This document shows positions 7,885 through 15,543 of a DNA stretch of 22,165 nucleotides, one piece after another. This DNA is from an uncultured Erysipelotrichaceae bacterium (GTDB taxonomy: Bacteria > Bacillota_I > Bacilli_A > Erysipelotrichales > Erysipelotrichaceae): contig CAYWGS010000017.1 in NCBI GenBank assembly GCA_964457525.1, forward strand, positions 1-22,165, given 5' to 3'. The notes beneath the pieces are model-generated. The model made no database searches, was not told the origin of the DNA, and saw only the letters and a list, made by a program, of their open reading frames with translations. Positions within the stretch are counted from its first letter, which is position 1. Each line of letters begins with the position of its first letter. The position numbers and the translations under genes are program-made.

Positions 7885-7913
7885 AGTTTACACGATAAGT
7901 ACTTGAAGTTCAA
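7885..7913 (-). promoter_or_regulatory. Candidate promoter for the COG2509-type gene (TTGAAC-17-TAAACT)
   Basis: On the minus strand the hexamers are the complements of 7908-7913 and 7885-7890. This leaves a ~19-nt UTR carrying GGAGG. Confidence 0.45.
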
Positions 7914-7920
7914 TGATAAT

Positions 7921-7949
7921 TTGACAAGGTCAGTAAAACGACACATAAT
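7921..7949 (+). promoter_or_regulatory. Promoter of osmC-ktrBA (TTGACA-17-CATAAT)
   Basis: Consensus -35 at 7921-7926, exact 17-nt spacer, -10 at 7944-7949. ATG 7956 sits 7 nt after the -10. Confidence 0.6.
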
Positions 7950-7955
7950 ATTGGC

Positions 7956-8375
7956 ATGGGACAAAAAGTAACAGCACACCTTGAGTTTAAAAAAGACTTC
8001 AAGGGAAAACTTATTCTTGCGGATGGTGAAATTGGAATTGGAATGAATCCCAATGAAGCTAGACCGTATGACTTATTACAAGGCGCATTAGTGTCTTGTT
8101 TACATTCTACTTTATTAGAAATCTTAACCAAAAAACGAATTGCGATCGATTCGGTTGAGTATCATGTAAGTGGCGAAAAGCGCGATGAGATTCCTACTAC
8201 ATTAAAATCAGTCCATATTGAAGCACTCTTTTCAGCAAGCGATAAGGAAGAACAAATCCGAAAATCCATGGAACTTGCATGTAAATATTGTTCGGTATAT
8301 AATACATTGGCTCAAGTCGCAGAAATGAAAATGACAGTGAGCTTTAAACCTTATGACACTCTTAAAAATACGTAA
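7956..8375 (+). CDS. osmC: OsmC/Ohr-family protein (putative thiol peroxidase)
   Basis: Size of 139 aa. Two family cysteines in the contexts LQGALVSCLHST and ACKYCSVYNTL. Confidence 0.85.
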   Translation: MGQKVTAHLEFKKDFKGKLILADGEIGIGMNPNEARPYDLLQGALVSCLHSTLLEILTKKRIAIDSVEYHVSGEKRDEIPTTLKSVHIEALFSASDKEEQIRKSMELACKYCSVYNTLAQVAEMKMTVSFKPYDTLKNT

Positions 8376-9744
8376 GAAGTTAAAACTAAACTTAACACCA
8401 GCACAACAAATAGCCATTAGCTTCGCGTCAGTCATCTTAACCGGCGCTTTTTTGTTGAGCTTACCCATCAGTAATAAAATTCCAGGTGTTCCTTTTATCA
8501 ATCATTTATTTACTTCCACGACTGCAGTATGTGTAACCGGCTTAACAACAGTCGTCTTAGTGGATCAATACACATTATTTGGTAAATGGGTCATAATTGG
8601 ACTAATGCAAGTCGGTGGTCTTGGACTCATGACCTTGATTGCAGTGTTTGTTTTATCGTTCTCAGGTAAACTATCTATTGCGAATCGTCTTGCGCTTAAT
8701 GAAGCGGTAAACTTCTTTAACCTTCATGACTTCAATCATTTTATTAAGAATATTATTAAATACACATTCGTGTTTGAATTTATTGGTTTTTCACTCTATG
8801 CGACACGATTTGTGCCTGAGTTTGGATGGTCACGAGGACTCTTTGTTTCCTTGTTTACCTCAGTATCTGAATTCGTAAATGCAGGTTTGGACATTGTAGG
8901 AAACACCAGTCTACAAGCCTATGTTCAGGATCTAATTGTTAACTTCACTACGATGTATCTTATTGTAGTAGGGGGCTTAGGTTTTGGGGTTTGGTTTGAT
9001 TTATCTCAAGGTAGTAAATCTTTAATCCGTCGCTCTCATCCTTTCCAATATGTTGTAAAACACTTAAAGGTTCATACAAAACTTGCGATTACCACAACAC
9101 TCTGTTTAATCTTCGGTGGAGCGCTTATTCTATTTATTCTTGAGTTTAATAATCCGAACACCATTCAATCCTTCAATTTTTTTGATAAAATTATGGCATC
9201 ACTTTTCCAATCCATCACAACCCGTACAGCAGGTTTTGCGACCCTCAATATGGCTAACATGAAGGTTACTTCCTTGTTAGTCATGATGTTACTGATGTTT
9301 ATTGGGGGATCACCGGGTGGTACTGCTGGGGGGATTAAAACAACAACCTTCGCAATTTTATTACTGATGATTTCATCTGAGTTATCAAATCGAAAAGAAA
9401 TCACTGTATTTAAGCGTAAAATTGAACGTGAACAATTCCGTAAAGCGTTTGTGGTAGCGTTTATGTTATTAACAACACTTGTTACTGGAATCTTCTTCTT
9501 AACGATTACTGAGTCATTTAGTTTATTAGAATTATCCTATGAAGCAGTATCTGCAATCGCTACAGTAGGATTAACCATGGGGATTACATCCAATCTCAGT
9601 ATGATTGGGAAAGTTATTATTATATTATTGATGTATTTTGGTCGAATTGGACCACTCACAGTGTTATTATCGATTAATCGTAAACAAGCTAGTAAGAAAG
9701 GACAGGACATCAGTTATCCTACAGCTGATATCTTGATTGGTTAG
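8353..9744 (+). CDS. ktrB: TrkH/KtrB-family K+ uptake membrane subunit
   Basis: N-terminus MTLLK..K..LTPAQ..AISF resembles KtrB. Polytopic, with repeated selectivity-filter-like motifs (TAVCVTGL, NAGLD, TRTAGF, ATVGLTMG). Confidence 0.9.
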   Translation: MTLLKIRKKLKLNLTPAQQIAISFASVILTGAFLLSLPISNKIPGVPFINHLFTSTTAVCVTGLTTVVLVDQYTLFGKWVIIGLMQVGGLGLMTLIAVFVLSFSGKLSIANRLALNEAVNFFNLHDFNHFIKNIIKYTFVFEFIGFSLYATRFVPEFGWSRGLFVSLFTSVSEFVNAGLDIVGNTSLQAYVQDLIVNFTTMYLIVVGGLGFGVWFDLSQGSKSLIRRSHPFQYVVKHLKVHTKLAITTTLCLIFGGALILFILEFNNPNTIQSFNFFDKIMASLFQSITTRTAGFATLNMANMKVTSLLVMMLLMFIGGSPGGTAGGIKTTTFAILLLMISSELSNRKEITVFKRKIEREQFRKAFVVAFMLLTTLVTGIFFLTITESFSLLELSYEAVSAIATVGLTMGITSNLSMIGKVIIILLMYFGRIGPLTVLLSINRKQASKKGQDISYPTADILIG

Positions 9745-9748
9745 AAAT

Positions 9749-10417
9749 ATGAAACGTAAATCATTTGCCATCTTAGGTTTAGGAATATTTGGTTCGACCA
9801 TGGCTAAAACATTAAGTGAATATGGATATGATGTTATTGGTGTTGACTTAGATTCAACAAACGTGGATCGTGTCAGTGAGTTTGCGACTCAAGCGGTACA
9901 AGCTGACTTTACCGATATTGATCAATTACGCGTAATCGGTGTACAAGATGTTGATGTGGCTGTTATCGCTACTGGAAGCAAACTAGAAGCTTCTGTAATG
10001 GCTGTTCTACACTTAAAAGAACTTGGTGTACCATTTATTATGGCCAAAGCGAAGAATAAAGTGTATATGCAAATCCTTCTGAAAGTAGGGGCTGACCGTG
10101 TTGTACGTCCTGAAAAAGAAATGGGTGAGCGTGTTGCTAAATCTTTAATGAGTCAAAATATTATCGATATGGTGGATATTGACGAAGATTACAGTATGAT
10201 GGAACTTTCTGCTCCAAAAGATTGGATCGGGAAGAAACTAGTAGATTTAGATGCTCGTAAGCGCTATGGTGTAAATGTTTTAGGGGTAAGACCAACTGAA
10301 AATGCTCGTTTAGATTTTGGAATTACAGCAGAATATGTCATTCGTGAAGAAGATACTTTGTTAGTTATTGTCGAAAATAACAAGTTTGAAGAATTAGAGT
10401 ATCAAGGAAAGATTTAA
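9749..10417 (+). CDS. ktrA: TrkA/KtrA-family RCK (NAD/c-di-AMP-binding type) K+ uptake regulatory subunit
   Basis: Rossmann motif FAILGLGIFGS followed by a C-terminal RCK_C-like domain. ATG 9749 lies 4 nt after the ktrB stop. Confidence 0.9.
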   Translation: MKRKSFAILGLGIFGSTMAKTLSEYGYDVIGVDLDSTNVDRVSEFATQAVQADFTDIDQLRVIGVQDVDVAVIATGSKLEASVMAVLHLKELGVPFIMAKAKNKVYMQILLKVGADRVVRPEKEMGERVAKSLMSQNIIDMVDIDEDYSMMELSAPKDWIGKKLVDLDARKRYGVNVLGVRPTENARLDFGITAEYVIREEDTLLVIVENNKFEELEYQGKI

Positions 10418-10444
10418 ACAACTCGAAGTTGAGTTGTTTTTTTA
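10417..10444 (+). terminator. Rho-independent terminator after ktrA
   Basis: AACAACTC (10417-10424), 6-nt loop, GAGTTGTT (10431-10438), then TTTTT. Confidence 0.85.
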
Positions 10445-10451
10445 ACTTTGG

Positions 10452-10480
10452 TTGCGCGTTAGAATGGGGAGCCTTATAAT
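10452..10480 (+). promoter_or_regulatory. Promoter of the arginase-like operon (TTGCGC-17-TATAAT)
   Basis: The -35 at 10452-10457 is the TTG the track used as a start codon. Consensus -10 at 10475-10480. ATGATG at 10485-10490. Confidence 0.6.
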
Positions 10481-10487
10481 AGGAATG

Positions 10488-11321
10488 ATGAAAACAATTA
10501 AAAGAATAGGCGTAGTCCTAAAAGAAGGTTGCGATATTGATGGTGGACAACATGCAATGGAAGTCCTCTCACAATCGATTCAACTGGATACAGTCGTAGA
10601 AGTTAATCAAGCATTGGTTAGAAAACAAGATCCATTGTATCTCGATGCAGTGACCGATTTAAATCTCCGATTAAATCATGAAGTTAAGAAAGCCTTAGAT
10701 GAAGGCTATTTTCCTTTAGTCTTTGGAGGCGATCATGCATTGGCGATTGGATCAATCAGTGCAGTAGCACAAGAATCCCATGCGATTCTTTGGATCGATG
10801 CACATGGAGACTGCAATACAGTCGAATCCAGTGATTCTAAACGCATTCATGGTATGCCTTTAGCGGTATTACAAGGCTATGGACATCCCGATTTATTAGC
10901 GATGGTAAAACAACCTGTTCAATCCGATAACATTATGCTTGTTGGTATTCGTTCATTGGACGACGAAGAAGAAAGACTCATGAGTTTATGGGGTGTGCAT
11001 TGGATTACTATGCAAGAAATTCGTAAACAAGGAATTGATTGGATGAATGAACAAGTAAATCGTTTTATTCAAGATAAGAAGCATTTACATGTTTCATTTG
11101 ATTGCGATAGTATGGATCCAAGTTTATTTCCAGGCGTTAATACACCGGTAAAAGATGGATTTAAACCGTATGAGATTCTTCCACTCTTAAAACATGTCCT
11201 AAATCATCCTAATCTAAGTTCGATGGATATTGTTGAATTTAATCCTACACGAGATCAAGGTTCAACCCTTGATTTAATAAAAACACTGAATGAAATGGTT
11301 ATTGAAGCCATAGAGGAGTAA
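10488..11321 (+). CDS. rocF: Arginase-family ureohydrolase (arginase-like)
   Basis: Mn ligand motifs GGDHALAIG, WIDAHGDCNT, HGMPLA, SFDCDSMDP and EFNP, collinear with Bacillus RocF as recalled. The start could be ATG 10485 or 10488. Confidence 0.75.
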   Translation: MKTIKRIGVVLKEGCDIDGGQHAMEVLSQSIQLDTVVEVNQALVRKQDPLYLDAVTDLNLRLNHEVKKALDEGYFPLVFGGDHALAIGSISAVAQESHAILWIDAHGDCNTVESSDSKRIHGMPLAVLQGYGHPDLLAMVKQPVQSDNIMLVGIRSLDDEEERLMSLWGVHWITMQEIRKQGIDWMNEQVNRFIQDKKHLHVSFDCDSMDPSLFPGVNTPVKDGFKPYEILPLLKHVLNHPNLSSMDIVEFNPTRDQGSTLDLIKTLNEMVIEAIEE

Positions 11322-11323
11322 GT

Positions 11324-12814
11324 ATGAGTTATATCTGTGCGATTGATCAAGGAACAAGTTCGAGTCGTGCCATGATTTTTGATAAGGACCTTAACATCTG
11401 TGCGTCTTCTCAAACGGATATCAAGGCTTTTTATCCTAATCCGGGTTGGGTTGAACAAGATCCACAAGAGATCTTAGACTCAGTTATTTTTGCGATACGT
11501 GATGCGCTTAAGAAAGCACAGATTGATGCAAGTGAACTGAAAGCTTTTGCGATTACCAATCAAAGAGAAACTACCATTGTATGGGATAAAGAAACAGGTA
11601 AACCTGTATATCCTGCAATCGTATGGCAATCAAGACAATCTGCTTTTTATTGTGAAGATTTAAAACAAAAGGGTTTTGAACCTTTCATCAAGAAAAGAAC
11701 TGGACTCGTGATTGATTCTTACTTCTCAGCGAGTAAGATTCGCTTTATCTTAGATGAAATAGAGAATGGTCAAGAACGTGCAGAACGTGGTGAATTATTA
11801 TTTGGTACAGTCGATACATGGCTTGTATATCATTTATCCAATGGTAAGCATTTTGTCAGTGATGTGACCAATGCATCAAGGACACTACTCATGAACATTG
11901 ATCGATGTGAATGGGATCCAAAGTTACTCGATATTTGGAATATCCCTTCTAGTATGTGTGCAACGATTGTAGATACAGCAGGGGATATTGCGGTTTGTGA
12001 TAAGAAGTGGTTTGGGGTGGATGTGCCAATTGCGGCGATTGTTGGAGACCAACAATCCGCATTATTTGGTCAACTCTGCTTAGAAGCCGGCGATGTTAAG
12101 AATACCTATGGGACAGGTTGTTTCATGTTAATGAATACAGGTGAGAATCGTATTGATTCTAAGAATGGCCTTCTAACAACCATCGCATGGCGTAAAAATG
12201 GAAAAGTAACCTATGCTTTAGAAGGTTCTGTGTTTGTGGCAGGTGCCGCAATCCAATGGTTAAGAGATGGCATGCATTTTATTGATAAATCATCTGATTG
12301 TGAACAAGTCGCATGTTCCGTTGAATCCAGTGATGGAGTGGTCGTAGTACCAGCCTTTGTTGGATTAGGTGCACCGTATTGGCAAAGCGATGTTAAAGGG
12401 GCAATTTTTGGATTGACTCGTGGTACATCACAAGCTCATATTGTCCGTGCAACACTTGAATCGTTAGCCCTTCAAACCTATGATGTTGTTCAAGCGATGC
12501 AAGATGATTCATTGATTAAACTTACCAAGCTACAAGTCGATGGGGGCGCTAGTTTAAACAATTATCTAATGGACTATCAAGCAGGACTACTCGGAGTGGA
12601 TGTCATCCGACCTTTGATTTCAGAAACAACGGCCCTTGGGGCATGTATGTTAGCCGGTTTAGCAACCCATCTATTTGAGAGTGAAGAAGAACTCATTCAA
12701 AAATGGAAAACGGAACGTTTGTTTAAACCTAACATGAGTAAATCAACTCAAATGGACATTCTAGAACAGTGGAAACGTGCCATCAAAGCAGTACTATCCT
12801 TTAAAGAACATTAA
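11324..12814 (+). CDS. glpK: Glycerol kinase
   Basis: N-terminus AIDQGTSSSR, plus NQRETT.VWD, GDQQSALFGQ and YGTGCF. SD GAGGAG lies inside the end of the upstream gene. Confidence 0.95.
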   Translation: MSYICAIDQGTSSSRAMIFDKDLNICASSQTDIKAFYPNPGWVEQDPQEILDSVIFAIRDALKKAQIDASELKAFAITNQRETTIVWDKETGKPVYPAIVWQSRQSAFYCEDLKQKGFEPFIKKRTGLVIDSYFSASKIRFILDEIENGQERAERGELLFGTVDTWLVYHLSNGKHFVSDVTNASRTLLMNIDRCEWDPKLLDIWNIPSSMCATIVDTAGDIAVCDKKWFGVDVPIAAIVGDQQSALFGQLCLEAGDVKNTYGTGCFMLMNTGENRIDSKNGLLTTIAWRKNGKVTYALEGSVFVAGAAIQWLRDGMHFIDKSSDCEQVACSVESSDGVVVVPAFVGLGAPYWQSDVKGAIFGLTRGTSQAHIVRATLESLALQTYDVVQAMQDDSLIKLTKLQVDGGASLNNYLMDYQAGLLGVDVIRPLISETTALGACMLAGLATHLFESEEELIQKWKTERLFKPNMSKSTQMDILEQWKRAIKAVLSFKEH

Positions 12815-12815
12815 T

Positions 12816-13196
12816 ATGAATCGTTATGATAAATTTTTGATTGTATTTATACTGATCACATCCGTTATTTTATATGGAACCATGGAATGGTTTGTTCGTG
12901 CGACGACAGGCTCTCAAAAAGTAGCGATTGTCAGTTATCGTGAAGAAGAAGTATTGCGCATTGATATGAGTGTGGATCAGAACTACACCGTAAAGGGTAC
13001 TTTAGGGGATGTTTTTATTGAAGTTAAGGATAAAGCAATCCGCGTTGAGAAAGAAACATCACCTTATCACATTTGTTCCATACAAGGTTGGGTAGAATAC
13101 GCTAATGTGCCTATTGTCTGTTTACCAAATCACATTGTTATTATGATACAAGGATCTTCGACACAACCAGAAGGTGAGGACAGTGTTATACAATGA
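12816..13196 (+). CDS. NusG domain II-containing small membrane-anchored protein
   Basis: N-terminal TM helix, followed by the C..G......I.CLPN..VI motif (HICSIQGW...IVCLPNHIVI) characteristic of this family. It is adjacent to a Gx-transporter gene, as is typical. ATG lies 1 nt after the glpK stop. Confidence 0.7.
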   Translation: MNRYDKFLIVFILITSVILYGTMEWFVRATTGSQKVAIVSYREEEVLRIDMSVDQNYTVKGTLGDVFIEVKDKAIRVEKETSPYHICSIQGWVEYANVPIVCLPNHIVIMIQGSSTQPEGEDSVIQ

Positions 13197-13690
13197 AAAA
13201 ACAACGTCCTACACGTCGACTCACTTTGATTACGATGTTGCTCGCAATGAGTATTTTAATGCATATGTTGGAACCTTCTTTGCCGATACCAGTACCAGGA
13301 GTCAAACTTGGTTTAGCGAATATACTTGGATTAATTACTTTAATTCTATTTGATGTGAAGTCTATGATTACCTTAAATCTCATGCGTGTTATTATCGCAT
13401 CTCTACTTAGAGGGATTATTTTTGGTACAGGTTTTTGGCTTTCACTTGGAGGTGTGATATTTAGTACAATCATTACCTTAATTTTATATAAAACACATAA
13501 ATTTACACCCATTGGACTTAGTGTGGCGTCCAGTGCTTTTCATGGTTTAGGTCAAATCGTGGTTCTGATTTTTATCAATCAAACTGTTATGATGATTTAT
13601 TGGTTACCGCTATTATGGTTCAGTTCAATCCCTACAGGATGGATCACTGGTACCATTAGTACCCAAGTTCTTAAACGATTAAAAGCATAA
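13193..13690 (+). CDS. Gx transporter family membrane protein (PF07456-type, often mis-annotated as heptaprenyl diphosphate synthase component I)
   Basis: N-terminus ..LAMSILMHMLE..LPIPVPGVKLGLANI and five TM helices. ATGA overlap with the upstream gene. Confidence 0.75.
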   Translation: MKKQRPTRRLTLITMLLAMSILMHMLEPSLPIPVPGVKLGLANILGLITLILFDVKSMITLNLMRVIIASLLRGIIFGTGFWLSLGGVIFSTIITLILYKTHKFTPIGLSVASSAFHGLGQIVVLIFINQTVMMIYWLPLLWFSSIPTGWITGTISTQVLKRLKA

Positions 13691-13714
13691 ACAGTGTCAT
13701 CACTGTTTTATTTT
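13689..13714 (+). terminator. Rho-independent terminator after the Gx-transporter gene
   Basis: AACAGTG (13690-13696), loop TCAT, CACTGTT (13701-13707), then TTATTTT. Confidence 0.8.
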
Positions 13715-13718
13715 GGGG

Positions 13719-13724
13719 TATAAT
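13719..13724 (+). promoter_or_regulatory. Candidate -10 box (TATAAT) for the ABC exporter operon
   Basis: Consensus hexamer 22 nt upstream of ATG 13747, with SD GAGGGA between them. Only a weak -35 (TGTCAT) in the terminator. Confidence 0.4.
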
Positions 13725-13746
13725 AAAAAAGGATTTGTGAGGGATT

Positions 13747-15543
13747 ATGACAATATACCAATTATTCATGAAGTATTTAAAAGGCTTGAGACTCCGACTG
13801 GTGAGTCTTATTGGCGTTGTTATTACGTATGTAAGCCTTACGCTCATATCACCACTCTTATTTGCATTCTTGATTGATAATGTTATCAACCAAGAACCGA
13901 TTACCTCCAACTGGTTAATTCAATACAGTAATTTATTTGGTGGAGTGGATCATATAAGAAACAATTTGTGGTTAGCTGCTTTGATGATCATGGCAGTTAA
14001 TCTTGTTATTTTTGGTTTGATGTATTTTAGAGGTCGTTTAAATGGTGTTATCAGTGAACGCTATGTCGAAAAGTTAAGAAATGATTTATATGAACACTTA
14101 CAGTATTATCCATATCATGCGCATGTTAATGCTAAGAGTGGGGACTTAATACAACGTTGTACATCTGATGTGGATACCATTCGACGTTTCTTAGCTGGAC
14201 AAATAGCAGAGCTCGTTTATGCGATATCAATGGCAATTATTGCGGTGGTTGTTTTAATTCAAATGAACTTAAAACTAGCACTTATCTCTATGATTAGTTT
14301 TCCAATTTTAGTAATATTCGCGTATGTTTTCTTTAAACGTATGCAAAAGATCTTCCAAAACAGTGATGAAGCAGAAGGAGAACTCTCAACAGTACTTCAG
14401 GAGAGTTTATCTGGAGTACGCGTTGTTAAGGCGTTTAATCGAGAAGTCTTTGAACTTGAACGTTTCGATGAGAAGAATCGTAACTTCAGAGATTTAACCT
14501 ATAAACTAATTGAATTACTCGGTATGTATTGGGCAAGTAGTGACTTTATCGTATTAACTCAAATATTTGTAGTTGTTATTTTTGGGATTTTCAGTGCACA
14601 AGCAGGTGAAATCAGTGTTGGACAATTCTTTGTATTCTTATCGTATATATCGATGATACTTTGGCCGATTCGTAATGTAGGTCGTATCTTATCTGATTTA
14701 GGCAAGATGCTTGTTTCCTTACGTCGTTTAAATGAGATATTCGCTCAACCGATGGAAGATATTCAATCTGGTGAGATTGTCGATATCAAGGGAGATATTG
14801 TATTTGATCATGTTAAGTTCCAATATGAAGATGGCAATCAAGCGGTACTTGAAGATGTAAGTTTTACCATAAAACAAGGAGAAACGCTTGCAATACTAGG
14901 TCCTACAGGGAGTGGTAAGTCTTCATTAGTTCATTTACTCACTCGTTTATATGACTATAATGCAGGAAGTATTACTTTAAATGGACATGAGTTGAATACC
15001 ATTCAAAAGAAACATCTTAGACATCAGATTGGAATTGTACTACAAGAACCATTCTTGTTTTCAAAGACAATTCTTGAAAATATTCGTTTAGCGCAACCAG
15101 ATGCGGATGAAAATGCAGTCAAGAAAGCCGCAGAAATGGCATCGGTTCATCGTGTTATCCATGAATTTGATCAAGGATATAAAACTTTGGTAGGAGAAAA
15201 GGGTGTCACACTATCCGGTGGACAGAAACAACGTATTGCGATAGCACGTACGATTTTAAATCAAACTCCAATTTTAATCTTTGATGATTCCTTATCTGCA
15301 GTGGATACACATACCGATGAGAAGATTCGTCATGCCTTAAAGGAACGTGCTGTAGGTGTTACTACTTTAATCATTACGCATCGAGTTACATCTGCGATGC
15401 AAGCCGATAAGATTATTGTTTTAGAAAATGGAAGAATAAGCCAAAAAGGTACGCATGAAAGCTTGTCAAATGAAGAGGGCTTATACCGCCGTATCGTGAC
15501 GATACAAAGTCAAATGATTGAAGGAGGTGAAGAGAATGAGTGA
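13747..15543 (+). CDS. ABC exporter permease/ATPase, subunit 1 of a heterodimer (degenerate-site half)
   Basis: Six-TM domain plus NBD. Walker A GPTGSGKSS, signature LSGGQKQR, Walker B ILIFDD-S with Asp in place of the catalytic Glu. Confidence 0.9.
   Translation: MTIYQLFMKYLKGLRLRLVSLIGVVITYVSLTLISPLLFAFLIDNVINQEPITSNWLIQYSNLFGGVDHIRNNLWLAALMIMAVNLVIFGLMYFRGRLNGVISERYVEKLRNDLYEHLQYYPYHAHVNAKSGDLIQRCTSDVDTIRRFLAGQIAELVYAISMAIIAVVVLIQMNLKLALISMISFPILVIFAYVFFKRMQKIFQNSDEAEGELSTVLQESLSGVRVVKAFNREVFELERFDEKNRNFRDLTYKLIELLGMYWASSDFIVLTQIFVVVIFGIFSAQAGEISVGQFFVFLSYISMILWPIRNVGRILSDLGKMLVSLRRLNEIFAQPMEDIQSGEIVDIKGDIVFDHVKFQYEDGNQAVLEDVSFTIKQGETLAILGPTGSGKSSLVHLLTRLYDYNAGSITLNGHELNTIQKKHLRHQIGIVLQEPFLFSKTILENIRLAQPDADENAVKKAAEMASVHRVIHEFDQGYKTLVGEKGVTLSGGQKQRIAIARTILNQTPILIFDDSLSAVDTHTDEKIRHALKERAVGVTTLIITHRVTSAMQADKIIVLENGRISQKGTHESLSNEEGLYRRIVTIQSQMIEGGEENE

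Noticed and set aside
7860-7979. 40-aa N-terminal extension of the 6471-7979(-) ORF (MCCYFLSH...)
   Set aside because: It reads through the divergent promoter region and overlaps the osmC start. The GxGxxG fold begins right after Met41, which is preceded by GGAGG, so the true start is 7859.
10425-10437. 13-nt exact repeat GAAGTTGAGTTGT, shared between the ktrA terminator (10425-10437) and the M42 promoter region (17890-17902)
   Set aside because: A single 13-mer match is about what chance predicts for all-against-all comparison in 22 kb of AT-biased sequence. There is no extended flanking similarity.
10452-10487. TTG 10452 / ATG 10464 as the arginase-like start. Also the long starts at 12777 (NusG-II), 15518 (ABC2), 17337 (dUTPase-like), 17899 (M42), 1152 (cysE), 1728 (cvpA), 9737 (ktrA) and 19080 (lspA).
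   Set aside because: The upstream extensions overlap the preceding gene or promoter hexamers and lack an SD. Internal ATGs have proper SD or promoter geometry and match family N-termini.
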